Below the pieces are notes generated by a model. That model was not told where the DNA came from, ran no database searches, and worked only from the letters and a program-made list of their open reading frames with translations. Positions 11,341 to 20,538 of a DNA stretch of 64,000 bases are shown in pieces (the first letter of the stretch is position 1; every line of letters starts with the position of its first letter). This stretch comes from Candidatus Kerfeldbacteria bacterium. Lineage in GTDB: Bacteria > Patescibacteriota > Patescibacteriia > SBBC01. The stretch is taken from the NCBI GenBank assembly GCA_043799405.1, contig JAZDNT010000003.1:143461-207460 (forward strand), given 5' to 3'. Made by a program: the position numbers and the translations under genes.

Positions 11341-11380
11341 CGCGCGAGCTCGCTTCCATCAGGAGCTCGCGCGTTCTGCT
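11341..11380 (+). terminator. Hairpin terminator candidate after the two-ORF cassette
   Basis: Perfect 11-bp stem CGCGCGAGCTC (11341-11351) / GAGCTCGCGCG (11363-11373), followed by TTCTGCT, a weak U-tract. Confidence 0.5.
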
Positions 11381-11391
11381 ATCCTCGAAGA

Positions 11392-11440
11392 CCCCCTCCC
11401 GAAGAGGAGGGGGGTGTCCGGCATAGCCGGACGGGGGTGG
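11392..11440. repeat. Compound double-hairpin repeat, variant 1
   Basis: CCCCCTCC-N6-GGAGGGGG (11392-11413), then GTCCGGC-ata-GCCGGAC (11416-11432), then GGGGTGG. The same two-hairpin module occurs at 57691-57739. Confidence 0.8.
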
Positions 11441-11576
11441 TGCCGTCCGCAGGACTCGTGCCAGGGGGTACGGGGTCGTCAGGGGACCTAGGGGGACGGG
11501 CTTCGAAACTCTGAGTCCCCCTGGTCCCCGACAAATACAAATATAGATACGACCAAAAATAAATGTGACCCCTAAA

Positions 11577-12419
11577 CTACTTCAATCCAAAAAGTCTCAC
11601 TGCATTCTCCGTCGTCTGCTTGAACGCCTCTTCTGCTGTCATTCCCTTAAGCTCTGCCACCTTCCGACCGACGTACTCGGTATAGAGCGGCTCATTACGC
11701 TTACCGCGATACGGAAAGGGTGCCAGGTACGGTGCATCCGTCTCAATGAGCAGCCGTTCGAGCGGTGTGTTCTTTACTACATCGGAGAGCATATCCGACT
11801 TCGGGAACGTAACAATACCAGTAACCCCGATATAGAATCCGAGGTCCAAAAACTGCTTCGCGTGCGCCCAGTCAGCGCCGAAACAGTGCGCAACGCCGAC
11901 ACCCGACCCCATGTTCTTCAGGATAGCGAGAACATCGTCATACGCCTCGAACTTCCCCGCTTCATCGCGCATGTGGAGTATGAGCGGCTTATGCACGTCC
12001 TTGCTCAGCGTTATGAACTCCCCGAAGAGGTGCGCCTGGCGTTCCTTTACCTCATCGTCCGTGAGCACCTCATGCTTCCCCTCGCCTCCCTCGCTCGGGT
12101 CGTCGTACGGAGCATTGAGGCGGAAGTAATCCAATCCGACCTCGCCTATGGCAACGACCCCGTCCTTCTCCGCAAGATCGCGAAAGACGTCTGCGTTGTA
12201 CTCATGGCGCACTGCGTGGATCGGATGCTGTCCGACCGCTGCCCATACCGGTTTCCCGGAAAAGATCTCGGCGAGGTGTACTGCCTTTACGCTCGTCTCT
12301 GCCTGCGAACCGACGTTGATCGTGCCGACGTCTCCCGCAACGGTCCGCTGCTGCACCTCAATCCAATCCTTCTCAAAAGCCTTGAAGTTTACATGAGCAT
12401 GAGAATCGATGAATTTCAT
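11577..12419 (-). CDS. tatD: TatD-family metal-dependent hydrolase/DNase
   Basis: 280 aa with N-terminal MKFIDSHAHVNF (HxH metal site), an internal HCF motif and a C-terminal ETDAPYL motif. Confidence 0.9.
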   Translation of the reverse strand: MKFIDSHAHVNFKAFEKDWIEVQQRTVAGDVGTINVGSQAETSVKAVHLAEIFSGKPVWAAVGQHPIHAVRHEYNADVFRDLAEKDGVVAIGEVGLDYFRLNAPYDDPSEGGEGKHEVLTDDEVKERQAHLFGEFITLSKDVHKPLILHMRDEAGKFEAYDDVLAILKNMGSGVGVAHCFGADWAHAKQFLDLGFYIGVTGIVTFPKSDMLSDVVKNTPLERLLIETDAPYLAPFPYRGKRNEPLYTEYVGRKVAELKGMTAEEAFKQTTENAVRLFGLK

Positions 12420-12481
12420 AATGTCATTCCGTCAATCCGTAACGGCGAAGATCAGGGTGGCGGGCTTCGCCCGACGGGACC

Positions 12482-12625
12482 CTAGCTGAGCCGCAAGGAT
12501 TGACACAATAAAAGGAAAGAGTGGCATCGGACGAGAAAACCGTAGGTTGTCTCGCCGAGGTATTCGATCCAATCCTTCTCGAACGCCTTGAAGCACAGGT
12601 GTGCGTGGGTGTCGATGAATTTCAT
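12482..12625 (-). pseudogene. Truncated duplicate of a tatD N-terminus
   Basis: Own translation from ATG 12625..12623 gives MKFIDTHAHLCFKAFEKDWIEYLGETTYGF... with a stop at 12482-12484. The first 21 residues match TatD (MKFIDSHAHVNFKAFEKDWIE) at 18 positions, after which similarity is lost. Confidence 0.6.
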
Positions 12626-12703
12626 ACAGTAATTATTCTTCGAGCAAGCCGCGCTGAACGCGGCGCGTCGAGAAGGTTCTCGACAAGCTCGAACATCAAT
12701 GGA

Positions 12704-13231
12704 TTATATCACTGATTGCGTCAGGACAGACTGCGCCGATTTCAGTGCACCCGGGAGCAGCGGAGCTACAAGCTGACTGATGCCGGTGAATATCGGGACC
12801 AGCGCTGAATTCTTCAATGTCTCAGTCCAGGCAGGGCTGACGTTCAGCTTCGTAGCAACGAAGAGCGTTATACCGATCGTAAGCAAGCCCTCGATGAACC
12901 CGAGAATAGCGCCGCTCAAGCGGTTGATCGTGCCTATACCAGGAATAATTCTAAGGACACCGAGGAGCTTATAGGCAAACCAGAAGGCGATCCCGATAAG
13001 CCTGTTTACCAAAAATACGAGGAGTCCAAACGCGAACACCTGCGTGATCAGGGGATTCAGGTGAAATGCGCTAGAAAGCCACGACGAGAAGCTTCCATAC
13101 CACCTACCCGCAAGGTATACGCCGAGCACAAGACCGAGGAGCGAACCTACCATGTGGATTAGGCCGCTCCTGAAACCGTACAGTACGAACCCGCCGAGGA
13201 TGATAAGAAGGATGAAATCGAGAAGGATCAT
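12704..13231 (-). CDS. cvpA: CvpA-family membrane protein
   Basis: 175 aa with four hydrophobic helices and an N-terminus (MILLDFILLIILGGFVLYGFRSGLI) typical of the CvpA/colicin V production family. Confidence 0.8.
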   Translation of the reverse strand: MILLDFILLIILGGFVLYGFRSGLIHMVGSLLGLVLGVYLAGRWYGSFSSWLSSAFHLNPLITQVFAFGLLVFLVNRLIGIAFWFAYKLLGVLRIIPGIGTINRLSGAILGFIEGLLTIGITLFVATKLNVSPAWTETLKNSALVPIFTGISQLVAPLLPGALKSAQSVLTQSVI

Positions 13232-13240
13232 ATAGTTACA

Positions 13241-13957
13241 TTACTCTGGTTTAATATTCTTTTCTAGCGCACCGCTGCGTTCAATCGCATTGGTTACAGT
13301 CCGGACAATGTCTGGGATGGCTGCTTCCGCCGGGACGAATGGCGGGATGAAAAATATTTTTGCTTCGTGATTGCGTAGATAAATCACTGGTGGTGTTTGA
13401 TGGTGCAAGTACCAATCCATAAAATCCGGTGCCAGAAGCTTGAATGGCAAATCTTTGCTTGAAGCATAGACTAAGGTGTTTCGATTAAACTCGATGCTCT
13501 CCAGTTGGCGATCGCTTTCCCACGGCGGTTTTTGATCATAACGCTGAAGCATTAAAAATCCACCGATCGAACCAGGCAGATTCCAGGTTATGATATAACG
13601 CGGCATATCCGACGAAAAAGCCGGTAGACTAATGCCGCTCATGCCCGTTGGTAATCCGGACATCGGTATGATCTGTCCGGACTCATTGATCCTGGATAGA
13701 AAACTATTCATCATCACTTCCAACACTGATGCTTGAAAACGGCCAGATTTTAAACCGGCTTGCTTTAAATGCTTCATTCGCCGCACCACTATAAAAACGA
13801 ATACCGACGCCATTAATAAAAACGCACCTATTGCCCAAATGTCACCTAGATGTTTATTTTCGGGATACCGCAGTTGCCACCAGAACGCCCCGATTACAAA
13901 GAAAATAAACAAGAGGAAAAATGTTGGGTTACTACGTGTGCGGATCATATTAGACAA
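13241..13957 (-). CDS. Hypothetical membrane protein (two N-terminal TM helices), lower GC
   Basis: 238-aa ORF with two N-terminal hydrophobic helices and a soluble C-terminal domain. No family recognised. Confidence 0.6.
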   Translation of the reverse strand: MSNMIRTRSNPTFFLLFIFFVIGAFWWQLRYPENKHLGDIWAIGAFLLMASVFVFIVVRRMKHLKQAGLKSGRFQASVLEVMMNSFLSRINESGQIIPMSGLPTGMSGISLPAFSSDMPRYIITWNLPGSIGGFLMLQRYDQKPPWESDRQLESIEFNRNTLVYASSKDLPFKLLAPDFMDWYLHHQTPPVIYLRNHEAKIFFIPPFVPAEAAIPDIVRTVTNAIERSGALEKNIKPE

Positions 13958-14015
13958 TTCGCTAACTCATTTTTTTCCGCAAGTGCAACACTTTTTTCGA
14001 TGTTACGTAAACTAG

Positions 14016-15488
14016 TTATAGTATCCTCGGCCACAATGGCTCGGCTTTTTTCACCGGCTGCTCGAACGCCGCAGCGATCTTTTCCGATGTTCCTGGCATA
14101 AACGGTTTCAGCAATTCCGCAATGTCGAGGACACGGTTCGCGAGCTCATTCATTAGAGCTGACATTGTCTCGACGAACTCTATATCAATTAGTTGTGCTG
14201 ATTTTCCTGATTTCATCTCAATCCGTTTTGCGATTTTCCATGGCTCCTTTACATCAATCAAGGCATTTGAATCATCAATCAATTGCCATATACGCTTCAT
14301 AGCCTCATTAAAACGATACGATGTAATTGCAACATTTATCGGACCGCGCTCTACGTCGCCGATCGTCTTTTTCCGTGTGAACTTTCCGTTGGCGAACTTC
14401 TCGAGCATGTTCGTCACGCGCGATATGAGGTTTCCAAGACCATTCGCGAGATCTGCAGTGTATACTGCCTCGAACCTTTCGATCGTGAAATCGCTGTCCT
14501 CGAACGGGTGCACGTGCCGCAGCAGGAAATAACGTAATGCGTCCGCGCCGTACTTTTTGACCAGCGCGAACGGGTCAACGATGTTGCCGAGCGACTTGCT
14601 TATCTTTGCGCCGCCAGTAGTGATAAACCCATGGATGACGACCTGACGCGACGGAAGAACACCGGCCGAAAGGAGCATTGCCTGCCACATAGCCGACTGC
14701 TGGCGGAGGTTATCCTTGCCGGCGAACTGGACCGACGGCCACCAATGAGCATACTTCTTATCCGGCCAGCCGAGGCATGAGATGTAATTGATGAGCGCGT
14801 CGAACCATACGTACATGACGTGCGTATCGTCACCAGGGACACTAATACCCCAGGGCATCTTTGACTTCAGGCGCGAGATGCTAAAATCATCAAGGCCGCG
14901 CGCAACGAACGACCTGATCTCCTTCAGACGGTACGCAGGCACAACGAAATCAGATTGATTATCATACAGCTCAAGCAGCGGCTTCTGGTATTTCGAGAAC
15001 CTGAAGAAGTAGTTCTCTTCTTCGATGGTCTCGATCGACAGGTTCGGGTGGATCGGGCACTTCCCGTCCACGAGCTCCGACTCGGTCTTCTCGAGCTCGC
15101 ACCCGCTGCAGTACTTCACTTTGTAGAACTTCTTGTAGATGTCGCCGGCTGTATCGCACCGCTTCCAGAACTCCTGTGCAGCCGCAATGTGCTTTACATC
15201 GGTCGTCCGGATGAAACTGTCGTAGCTTAAGTTGAGCGCTTTCTTCAATCCATCGAACTGCGCTGCATGCTCGTCGACGTACGCCTGCGGGTCCATCTTC
15301 TCCTCAACGGCCTTTCGGTACACCTTCACGCCGTGCTCGTCCGTGCCGGTGTTGAAGAACACGTCGAACCCGTGCTGCCGCTGGTAACGCGCGATGACGT
15401 CTGCCTGTACGATCTCGAGCGCGAACCCGATATGGGGATCCGCATTGACGTATGGTAGCGTCGTGGTGAGGGAAAATCGTTTCTTCAT
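14016..15488 (-). CDS. metG: Methionyl-tRNA synthetase
   Basis: 490 aa with a HIGH-type motif (NADPHIGFALE), a KMSKS-type motif (KISKSLGN) and a CSGC...CPIH zinc knuckle. Confidence 0.95.
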   Translation of the reverse strand: MKKRFSLTTTLPYVNADPHIGFALEIVQADVIARYQRQHGFDVFFNTGTDEHGVKVYRKAVEEKMDPQAYVDEHAAQFDGLKKALNLSYDSFIRTTDVKHIAAAQEFWKRCDTAGDIYKKFYKVKYCSGCELEKTESELVDGKCPIHPNLSIETIEEENYFFRFSKYQKPLLELYDNQSDFVVPAYRLKEIRSFVARGLDDFSISRLKSKMPWGISVPGDDTHVMYVWFDALINYISCLGWPDKKYAHWWPSVQFAGKDNLRQQSAMWQAMLLSAGVLPSRQVVIHGFITTGGAKISKSLGNIVDPFALVKKYGADALRYFLLRHVHPFEDSDFTIERFEAVYTADLANGLGNLISRVTNMLEKFANGKFTRKKTIGDVERGPINVAITSYRFNEAMKRIWQLIDDSNALIDVKEPWKIAKRIEMKSGKSAQLIDIEFVETMSALMNELANRVLDIAELLKPFMPGTSEKIAAAFEQPVKKAEPLWPRIL

Positions 15489-15490
15489 GA

Positions 15491-16168
15491 TTACGCTAAT
15501 GGTATGACCTGGGCTTGAGGTTTAATGAATGGACGCAGATCAGTATCCGTAAATGTTCGCTGTATATCAGAATGCACGATCATTGTCGGCAGTGGACGAG
15601 TGTGTTCCTGTAACGGAGAATTATCGGGAACTGAAAATCCAACGTATTCAATTTTCTTGTGTTTCCGTTTTCCAACCCAATCAATTGCTGGAATAAGATC
15701 TGTATCTGAGCTGACTACTATTCCTATGTCGTACTTATCATCGACCGCTCCTACAATAAGATCGGTCGCAAGTTTCACGTCAATGCCTTTTTCCCTGACC
15801 CGCTCAATAATAATCTCTTGTATACCCTTCTTGAGTATGTTCTGGTAATCTTCTACATTTTTATCAATTTTGATCCGTTCCCTACGGGTTCTTAATTTGC
15901 TAGTTTTTACCTCCCAATGAGTTGATTGTAATCCTGTAAATAATGCAGTTTGTTTCGACATTGCTCGTACCGAGTAGGAATCTCCCAGCTTCTCACGCAC
16001 GGAACCCTGATAGAACCTTTTCCCCTGTGGCACTATTTGTCTTCCGTGACCAATGAGTACCGAAAATGCCTCGTAGTCAAAATCGAGGTCTTTTATTCCC
16101 ATTTTCTTCAACACGAGGTGGTAAAAATTACCGCCATCTAAATAGATTTGAATCCTTTCAGTTAACAT
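15491..16168 (-). CDS. NYN/LabA-like domain protein
   Basis: 225 aa with N-terminal IYLDGGNFYH and later EKGIDVKLATDLI ... VVSSDTDLIPAI, the acidic-residue pattern of the NYN (LabA-like) nuclease fold. GC is lower than in the neighbouring genes. Confidence 0.8.
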   Translation of the reverse strand: MLTERIQIYLDGGNFYHLVLKKMGIKDLDFDYEAFSVLIGHGRQIVPQGKRFYQGSVREKLGDSYSVRAMSKQTALFTGLQSTHWEVKTSKLRTRRERIKIDKNVEDYQNILKKGIQEIIIERVREKGIDVKLATDLIVGAVDDKYDIGIVVSSDTDLIPAIDWVGKRKHKKIEYVGFSVPDNSPLQEHTRPLPTMIVHSDIQRTFTDTDLRPFIKPQAQVIPLA

Positions 16169-16191
16169 AGTACCAGTCTATCAGAGTATTG

Positions 16192-16231
16192 AAAAAAAAT
16201 CCTGCACACTACCTTGTCGGCAGGCGCAGGA
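16192..16231 (-). terminator. Rho-independent terminator downstream of rsmI
   Basis: On the minus strand, TCCTGC...GCAGGA closes a hairpin at 16200-16231. It is followed by T8, seen as an A-run at 16192-16199 on the plus strand. Confidence 0.65.
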
Positions 16232-16291
16232 GACTTAACTGGTCTACTCTAACCTACTAGTACACTGAAAGTCAAATGTTCTTTCCACAGG

Positions 16292-17005
16292 CTATTTTGC
16301 CCCAATAATCACCACAAACTCGCCCCGTACCTTTCCTGGATTGTCCGTGAACACGTCGCAGACGTACGAGACGCTTCCGCGGACGACCTCCTCGAACATC
16401 TTCGTGAGCTCTCGCGCAACGACGACGATACGGTCGTTGCTCATAAGCTCCTTCAGGCGCTGTAATGTTTTCATGAGGCGATGCGGGGATTCGAAGAAGA
16501 TAGCAGTCTCACTCATGTCAGCGATCTCTTTCAGCATCGTTTCCCTCCCTTTCTTGTGCGGGATAAAGCCAAAAAATCTGAACCGGTCTGTCGGGAGTCC
16601 GCTTACGGAAAGCGCCGCGGTCACTGCAGATGGACCGGGAACCGCGATGATGCGCGCTCCTGCATCGTACGCCGCGGCAACGAGCATGCCGCCCGGATCG
16701 GAAACTCCCGGCGTTCCCGCGTCGGTGACGAGCGCAACGGTTTTGCCCTTTCGTAGCTCGTCCGCGATCTCTTTGATCCGTCCCTCGCTGCTATGCTGGT
16801 GCACGCTCGTCATCGGACGATCGATGCAGTAGCGTTCGAGCAAACGTTTCGTGATACGGGTATCCTCGCAGACGACAAGATCCGCCCGCGCAAGCGCATC
16901 ACGGGCGCGCGAGCTCACGTCGTCGAGGTTCCCGATCGGGGTCCCGACGACCGCGAGTGTGCCACGTGTAGTATGTGATGCGGAGTGTTTATTCATCATG
17001 ACCAA
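16292..17005 (-). CDS. rsmI: 16S rRNA (cytidine1402-2'-O)-methyltransferase
   Basis: 237 aa. GTLAVVGTPIGNLDDVSSRARDALARADLVVCEDTR is the characteristic RsmI N-terminus (tetrapyrrole-methylase fold). Confidence 0.92.
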   Translation of the reverse strand: MVMMNKHSASHTTRGTLAVVGTPIGNLDDVSSRARDALARADLVVCEDTRITKRLLERYCIDRPMTSVHQHSSEGRIKEIADELRKGKTVALVTDAGTPGVSDPGGMLVAAAYDAGARIIAVPGPSAVTAALSVSGLPTDRFRFFGFIPHKKGRETMLKEIADMSETAIFFESPHRLMKTLQRLKELMSNDRIVVVARELTKMFEEVVRGSVSYVCDVFTDNPGKVRGEFVVIIGAK

Positions 17006-17087
17006 TGTTCCGTCGCCCCATACGAGCGAGTATCAGGGTGTCCGGCTTTGCCGGACGGAACCCTAGGCGAGCGAGAAGGCGCGACAC

Positions 17088-17174
17088 CGACCTCCCCAAT
17101 GTCCCTCGACAAGGCTCGGGACATTCTCCCCTCCTCAATCGAGGAGGGGATACCGCGAAGCGGAGGGGTGGTCG
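17088..17174. repeat. Compound hairpin repeat, variant 2, with an outer stem
   Basis: TCCCCTCCTC-aatc-GAGGAGGGGA (17127-17150), then CCGC-gaa-GCGG (17153-17163), then AGGGGTGG. An outer stem CGACCTCCCC (17088-17097) / GGGGTGGTCG (17165-17174) has one mismatch. A near-identical core occurs at 54061-54106. Confidence 0.75.
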
Positions 17175-17191
17175 GTTTCCCCTCCGAGGTT

Positions 17192-18271
17192 TTATACATC
17201 ACCTTCGGGCTGGCCTGCCGACTCTTCTGCATCGCTCTCCTTGAAAAAATCCTCAAAGAACGCGTTGATGATGAGGGTAACGGGGATTGCCAAGATGACG
17301 CCAGCGACACCGGCGAGTTTCCCGCCGACGAGCATGACGATGATGATGACGAGAGGGTTCAGACCTGTCGTCCGTTGCATCACTTTCGGAACGATGAAGT
17401 TGTTCTCGAGCTGCTGAATGACGATGTACATGCCCGCAACGATGATCGCGAGAACCCAGGAATGGCCGAACGCGACGAGAATCGCAGGGATAGCGCCGAT
17501 GAACGGGCCGATGTACGGCACGAGCTCGCAGATACCGGCAATGAGCGCGAGGGCCATGGTGTACTCGATCCCCACTGCAAGAAGCCCGAGGTACGTCACG
17601 CTCGCGATAATGGCACTTAGGAGGAGCTGTCCGCGCGCCCATCCGCCGATCCGCAGTACCATCCTGTCAGAAAGCTGGTACAGGTATGGGATGAAGTTCA
17701 CCGGCGCGATCGCATCGATGAGACGTTTAACGCTGTCTTTCTGCACTACCATGTAGAATGACAGCACAAGGACACCGATAAAGGTAAAGAGTCCGCCGAA
17801 CATGCTGAACGTCCCGACGGCGATCTGGCGCGTCAGTCCTCCGAGCGACGTATTGAGGGACTGCAGCCACCGCTGGACCGTTTCTGCTACTGTTGGGTTC
17901 GCCTGCTCGGACCCTACGAAGAGCTTCACTGCCTTGTTGTAAAATGCCGGGAAGTTAGCGGCAAGCTCCCGTACCTGGTCGCTTACGAGCTGTCCAAAGA
18001 GGTACCCGATGAGGACGATCGCCCCGATGAGAACGATGAAGACGAACGCGATCGCTAAGCCGCGCGGAACGCGACGACGGTGCAGCGCATCGACGAGGGG
18101 GCTGATCGAAGCGGCAATGACAACCGAGAACAGCACGATCGCGACGACGTTACGGATCGACCACAGCAGGAACAACGCGATAATGAGCCCGAAGAACTTA
18201 AGGATAGACGCAGTCGAGAGATCGATCGTCACTGGTTCCCGTTCAGGCGTCATAAGCCCCCTTCTGCTCAC
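17192..18271 (-). CDS. AI-2E family transporter (PerM-like permease)
   Basis: 359 aa, polytopic, with the typical C-terminal GLNPLVIIIVMLVGGKLAGVAGVILAIP block. Confidence 0.85.
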   Translation of the reverse strand: MSRRGLMTPEREPVTIDLSTASILKFFGLIIALFLLWSIRNVVAIVLFSVVIAASISPLVDALHRRRVPRGLAIAFVFIVLIGAIVLIGYLFGQLVSDQVRELAANFPAFYNKAVKLFVGSEQANPTVAETVQRWLQSLNTSLGGLTRQIAVGTFSMFGGLFTFIGVLVLSFYMVVQKDSVKRLIDAIAPVNFIPYLYQLSDRMVLRIGGWARGQLLLSAIIASVTYLGLLAVGIEYTMALALIAGICELVPYIGPFIGAIPAILVAFGHSWVLAIIVAGMYIVIQQLENNFIVPKVMQRTTGLNPLVIIIVMLVGGKLAGVAGVILAIPVTLIINAFFEDFFKESDAEESAGQPEGDV

Positions 18272-19259
18272 GGTATATTTTCAGTTCCCTGAACACAATA
18301 TCGACGATCGATGCAATGGGAATCGCAAGGATCAGGCCGATCGCTCCGGCAAGCCGCGCGCCGATGAGCATGACGATGATGATCACCACGGGGTTTAATC
18401 CGACTGCCTTTGACATAACCTTAGGCACGATCGCATTAGTAATGAACTGATGGATACCGATGCCGACCGCGAGGACAATGAGCGCGGTTACCTCGTTCAC
18501 GGAGAGAGCGAGCAAAACCGCAGGGACGATCCCGATGACCGCTCCGACTATCGGGACGAACGCGGCAACGCCGCTGATGAGCGCAAGGAGGAGCGCGTTC
18601 GGAACACCAAGCAAGGTGTAGGCAAGGTAGCAGAGTACGCCGATGAGCAGCGATACGGCAAGCTGTCCCCTGAACCAGGCGCCGATCCGATCGACGGTAA
18701 GCCGTCCGACGCGCGACAGACGATCGCGGTACTGCCTCGGGATCAGCCGGATCCAAAACTGACGGATGTTCTCCTCGTCAATAGTGAAGTAGAAGGTAAT
18801 GACGAGAACGAGCAGGAACGACGCGAACCCGCCAAGCACTCCCCGCAAACCTGCGAAGATGCCCCTGGAAAAGAGCGAGATGTTCTCATTACTCGCGATC
18901 ACGCCCGTTGTCGATGACTTCGAGAAGAAGCTGAACACTTTCTGATAGGTCCCCGCGTTCGAGAGCGACGTGATTTGATCACGGACGGCAGGGATGAGCA
19001 GGAGCACGAACGCGAGGATGACCGAGATGATGATGCAGTACATGAGCACGACACCGGCGATCCTCGGGATGCGTCGTCGTTCAAGCATCTTGACCCACGG
19101 TGAGATCGTCGCAGCGAGCACCATCGAAATGAAGATAAGCATGATGATGTCACGGAGCGCCCAGAGAACGACGATCGCAAAGAGTATAGCTATGATCCGG
19201 ACGAAGGAAGCGAGCGATACGTTGACGACTCTGACGCGTGAGGTGGCGATGGGTTTCAT
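18243..19259 (-). CDS. AI-2E family transporter (PerM-like permease), tandem paralog
   Basis: 338 aa with the same architecture and C-terminal block (GLNPVVIIIVMLIGARLAGAIGLILAIP). Its 3' end overlaps the downstream paralog's start by 29 nt. Confidence 0.85.
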   Translation of the reverse strand: MKPIATSRVRVVNVSLASFVRIIAILFAIVVLWALRDIIMLIFISMVLAATISPWVKMLERRRIPRIAGVVLMYCIIISVILAFVLLLIPAVRDQITSLSNAGTYQKVFSFFSKSSTTGVIASNENISLFSRGIFAGLRGVLGGFASFLLVLVITFYFTIDEENIRQFWIRLIPRQYRDRLSRVGRLTVDRIGAWFRGQLAVSLLIGVLCYLAYTLLGVPNALLLALISGVAAFVPIVGAVIGIVPAVLLALSVNEVTALIVLAVGIGIHQFITNAIVPKVMSKAVGLNPVVIIIVMLIGARLAGAIGLILAIPIASIVDIVFRELKIYREQKGAYDA

Positions 19260-20533
19260 GGTAGTTTTCTGACGAGGCTCACAACATCCTTATCGGTCCT
19301 GAACGGCCCTATCAGCGCGAGGTTGAGCCTTTCTTTCCGTATAAGCTCTCGCGCGACCTGACGGATATCGCGGGATGTGACCCTCATAAGTGTAGCAATT
19401 TTTTGTTCCGGTGTCTCGATTTTCCCCTGAAGGAGGAGCTGCTTCCCGACCCAGTCGGCGATCTCCTCGGAATCCTCAAGCCCGAGAATGATCTTTCCCC
19501 GCAGGAACTCCTTTGCGCGCGTCAGCTCTGAATCATCGACGAGCGTCTCTCGTGTCTCGACGAGCTCCTGCCAGACCGCACGTATCGCCTCTTGGAGACG
19601 GGTCTTATCGAGGCCTGCCCGGACCAGAAAAGAGCCGGTGTCCTGGTACACGTTCCGTTCTGCCCGGATGAAATAGCACAATCCCCTACGCTCCCTGATA
19701 CGGATAAAAAGGCGCGAGCTCATGTTGCCGCCGAGGATAACGGAGAGGAGCGTGAGCGCTGGTAGCTTACGGTTGCCGTAACCGTACGCGGGAAATCCTA
19801 GACCGATCTGGATCTGCTCGGTTTCGCGGAACCGCACCTTGACCGCGGGGGAACGCTGAACTGGGTGGAATGACGGGAAGACCATCCGCTTTCGCGTGCC
19901 TTTCCCCTGGCCGAAGTAGCGCCTGACGAGGCCAGTTGCGCTTCGCTCGTCGAAACGCCCTGCGACCGTGAGCAGAAGGTTGCGCGGCGTGTAGAACTTT
20001 TCCTTATACGCCATGAGCTGCTTACGCGTAACGTTACGGATTACCGAGCGTGGACCGGCGATGGTCATGCCGAGCGAATTCCCCTTGTACATCAATTCCT
20101 CGAATATCTCATCGAGGCTCATCATCGGATTATCCTCGTACATGTTTATCTCTTCGACGATCACTCCGCGTTCACGCTCTATCTCTTTAGGATCGAACAA
20201 CGAATGGTAGAGCATGTCGCTCAGGATATCGAGCGCGAGCGGAAGTTTATCACTGCTCACCTTCACGTAGTAGCCGGTGTGGTCTTTCCCCGTGAACGCG
20301 TTGTACTCCGCGCCGACGCCATCAAGCTCCTTCGATACCTCAAGCGTCGACGGCCGGTTTTTCGTCCCCTTGAAGAACATGTGTTCGAGGAAGTGGGACG
20401 ATCCGTTTATCGCACCCCGCTCGTACCTCGATCCTATCGGGAACAGGATCAACACCGTGACCGCCTTTGTTTCACGGAGCGGCGCAAAGAGCACGCGTGT
20501 GCCGTTTCGTAGGGTAAAGCGATTAGATACCAT
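19256..20533 (-). CDS. M16-family (pitrilysin/insulinase-like) zinc peptidase
   Basis: 425 aa with the inverted zinc motif HFLEHMFFKGT (HxxEH). Confidence 0.9.
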   Translation of the reverse strand: MVSNRFTLRNGTRVLFAPLRETKAVTVLILFPIGSRYERGAINGSSHFLEHMFFKGTKNRPSTLEVSKELDGVGAEYNAFTGKDHTGYYVKVSSDKLPLALDILSDMLYHSLFDPKEIERERGVIVEEINMYEDNPMMSLDEIFEELMYKGNSLGMTIAGPRSVIRNVTRKQLMAYKEKFYTPRNLLLTVAGRFDERSATGLVRRYFGQGKGTRKRMVFPSFHPVQRSPAVKVRFRETEQIQIGLGFPAYGYGNRKLPALTLLSVILGGNMSSRLFIRIRERRGLCYFIRAERNVYQDTGSFLVRAGLDKTRLQEAIRAVWQELVETRETLVDDSELTRAKEFLRGKIILGLEDSEEIADWVGKQLLLQGKIETPEQKIATLMRVTSRDIRQVARELIRKERLNLALIGPFRTDKDVVSLVRKLP

Positions 20534-20538
20534 ATATA

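Noticed and set aside
16985-17620. 211-aa plus-strand ORF across the rsmI/AI-2E intergenic region
   Set aside because: It is driven by translation of the compound hairpin repeat (PLLNRGG...AKRRGG type peptides) and by antisense of the AI-2E transporter. It is not a credible gene.
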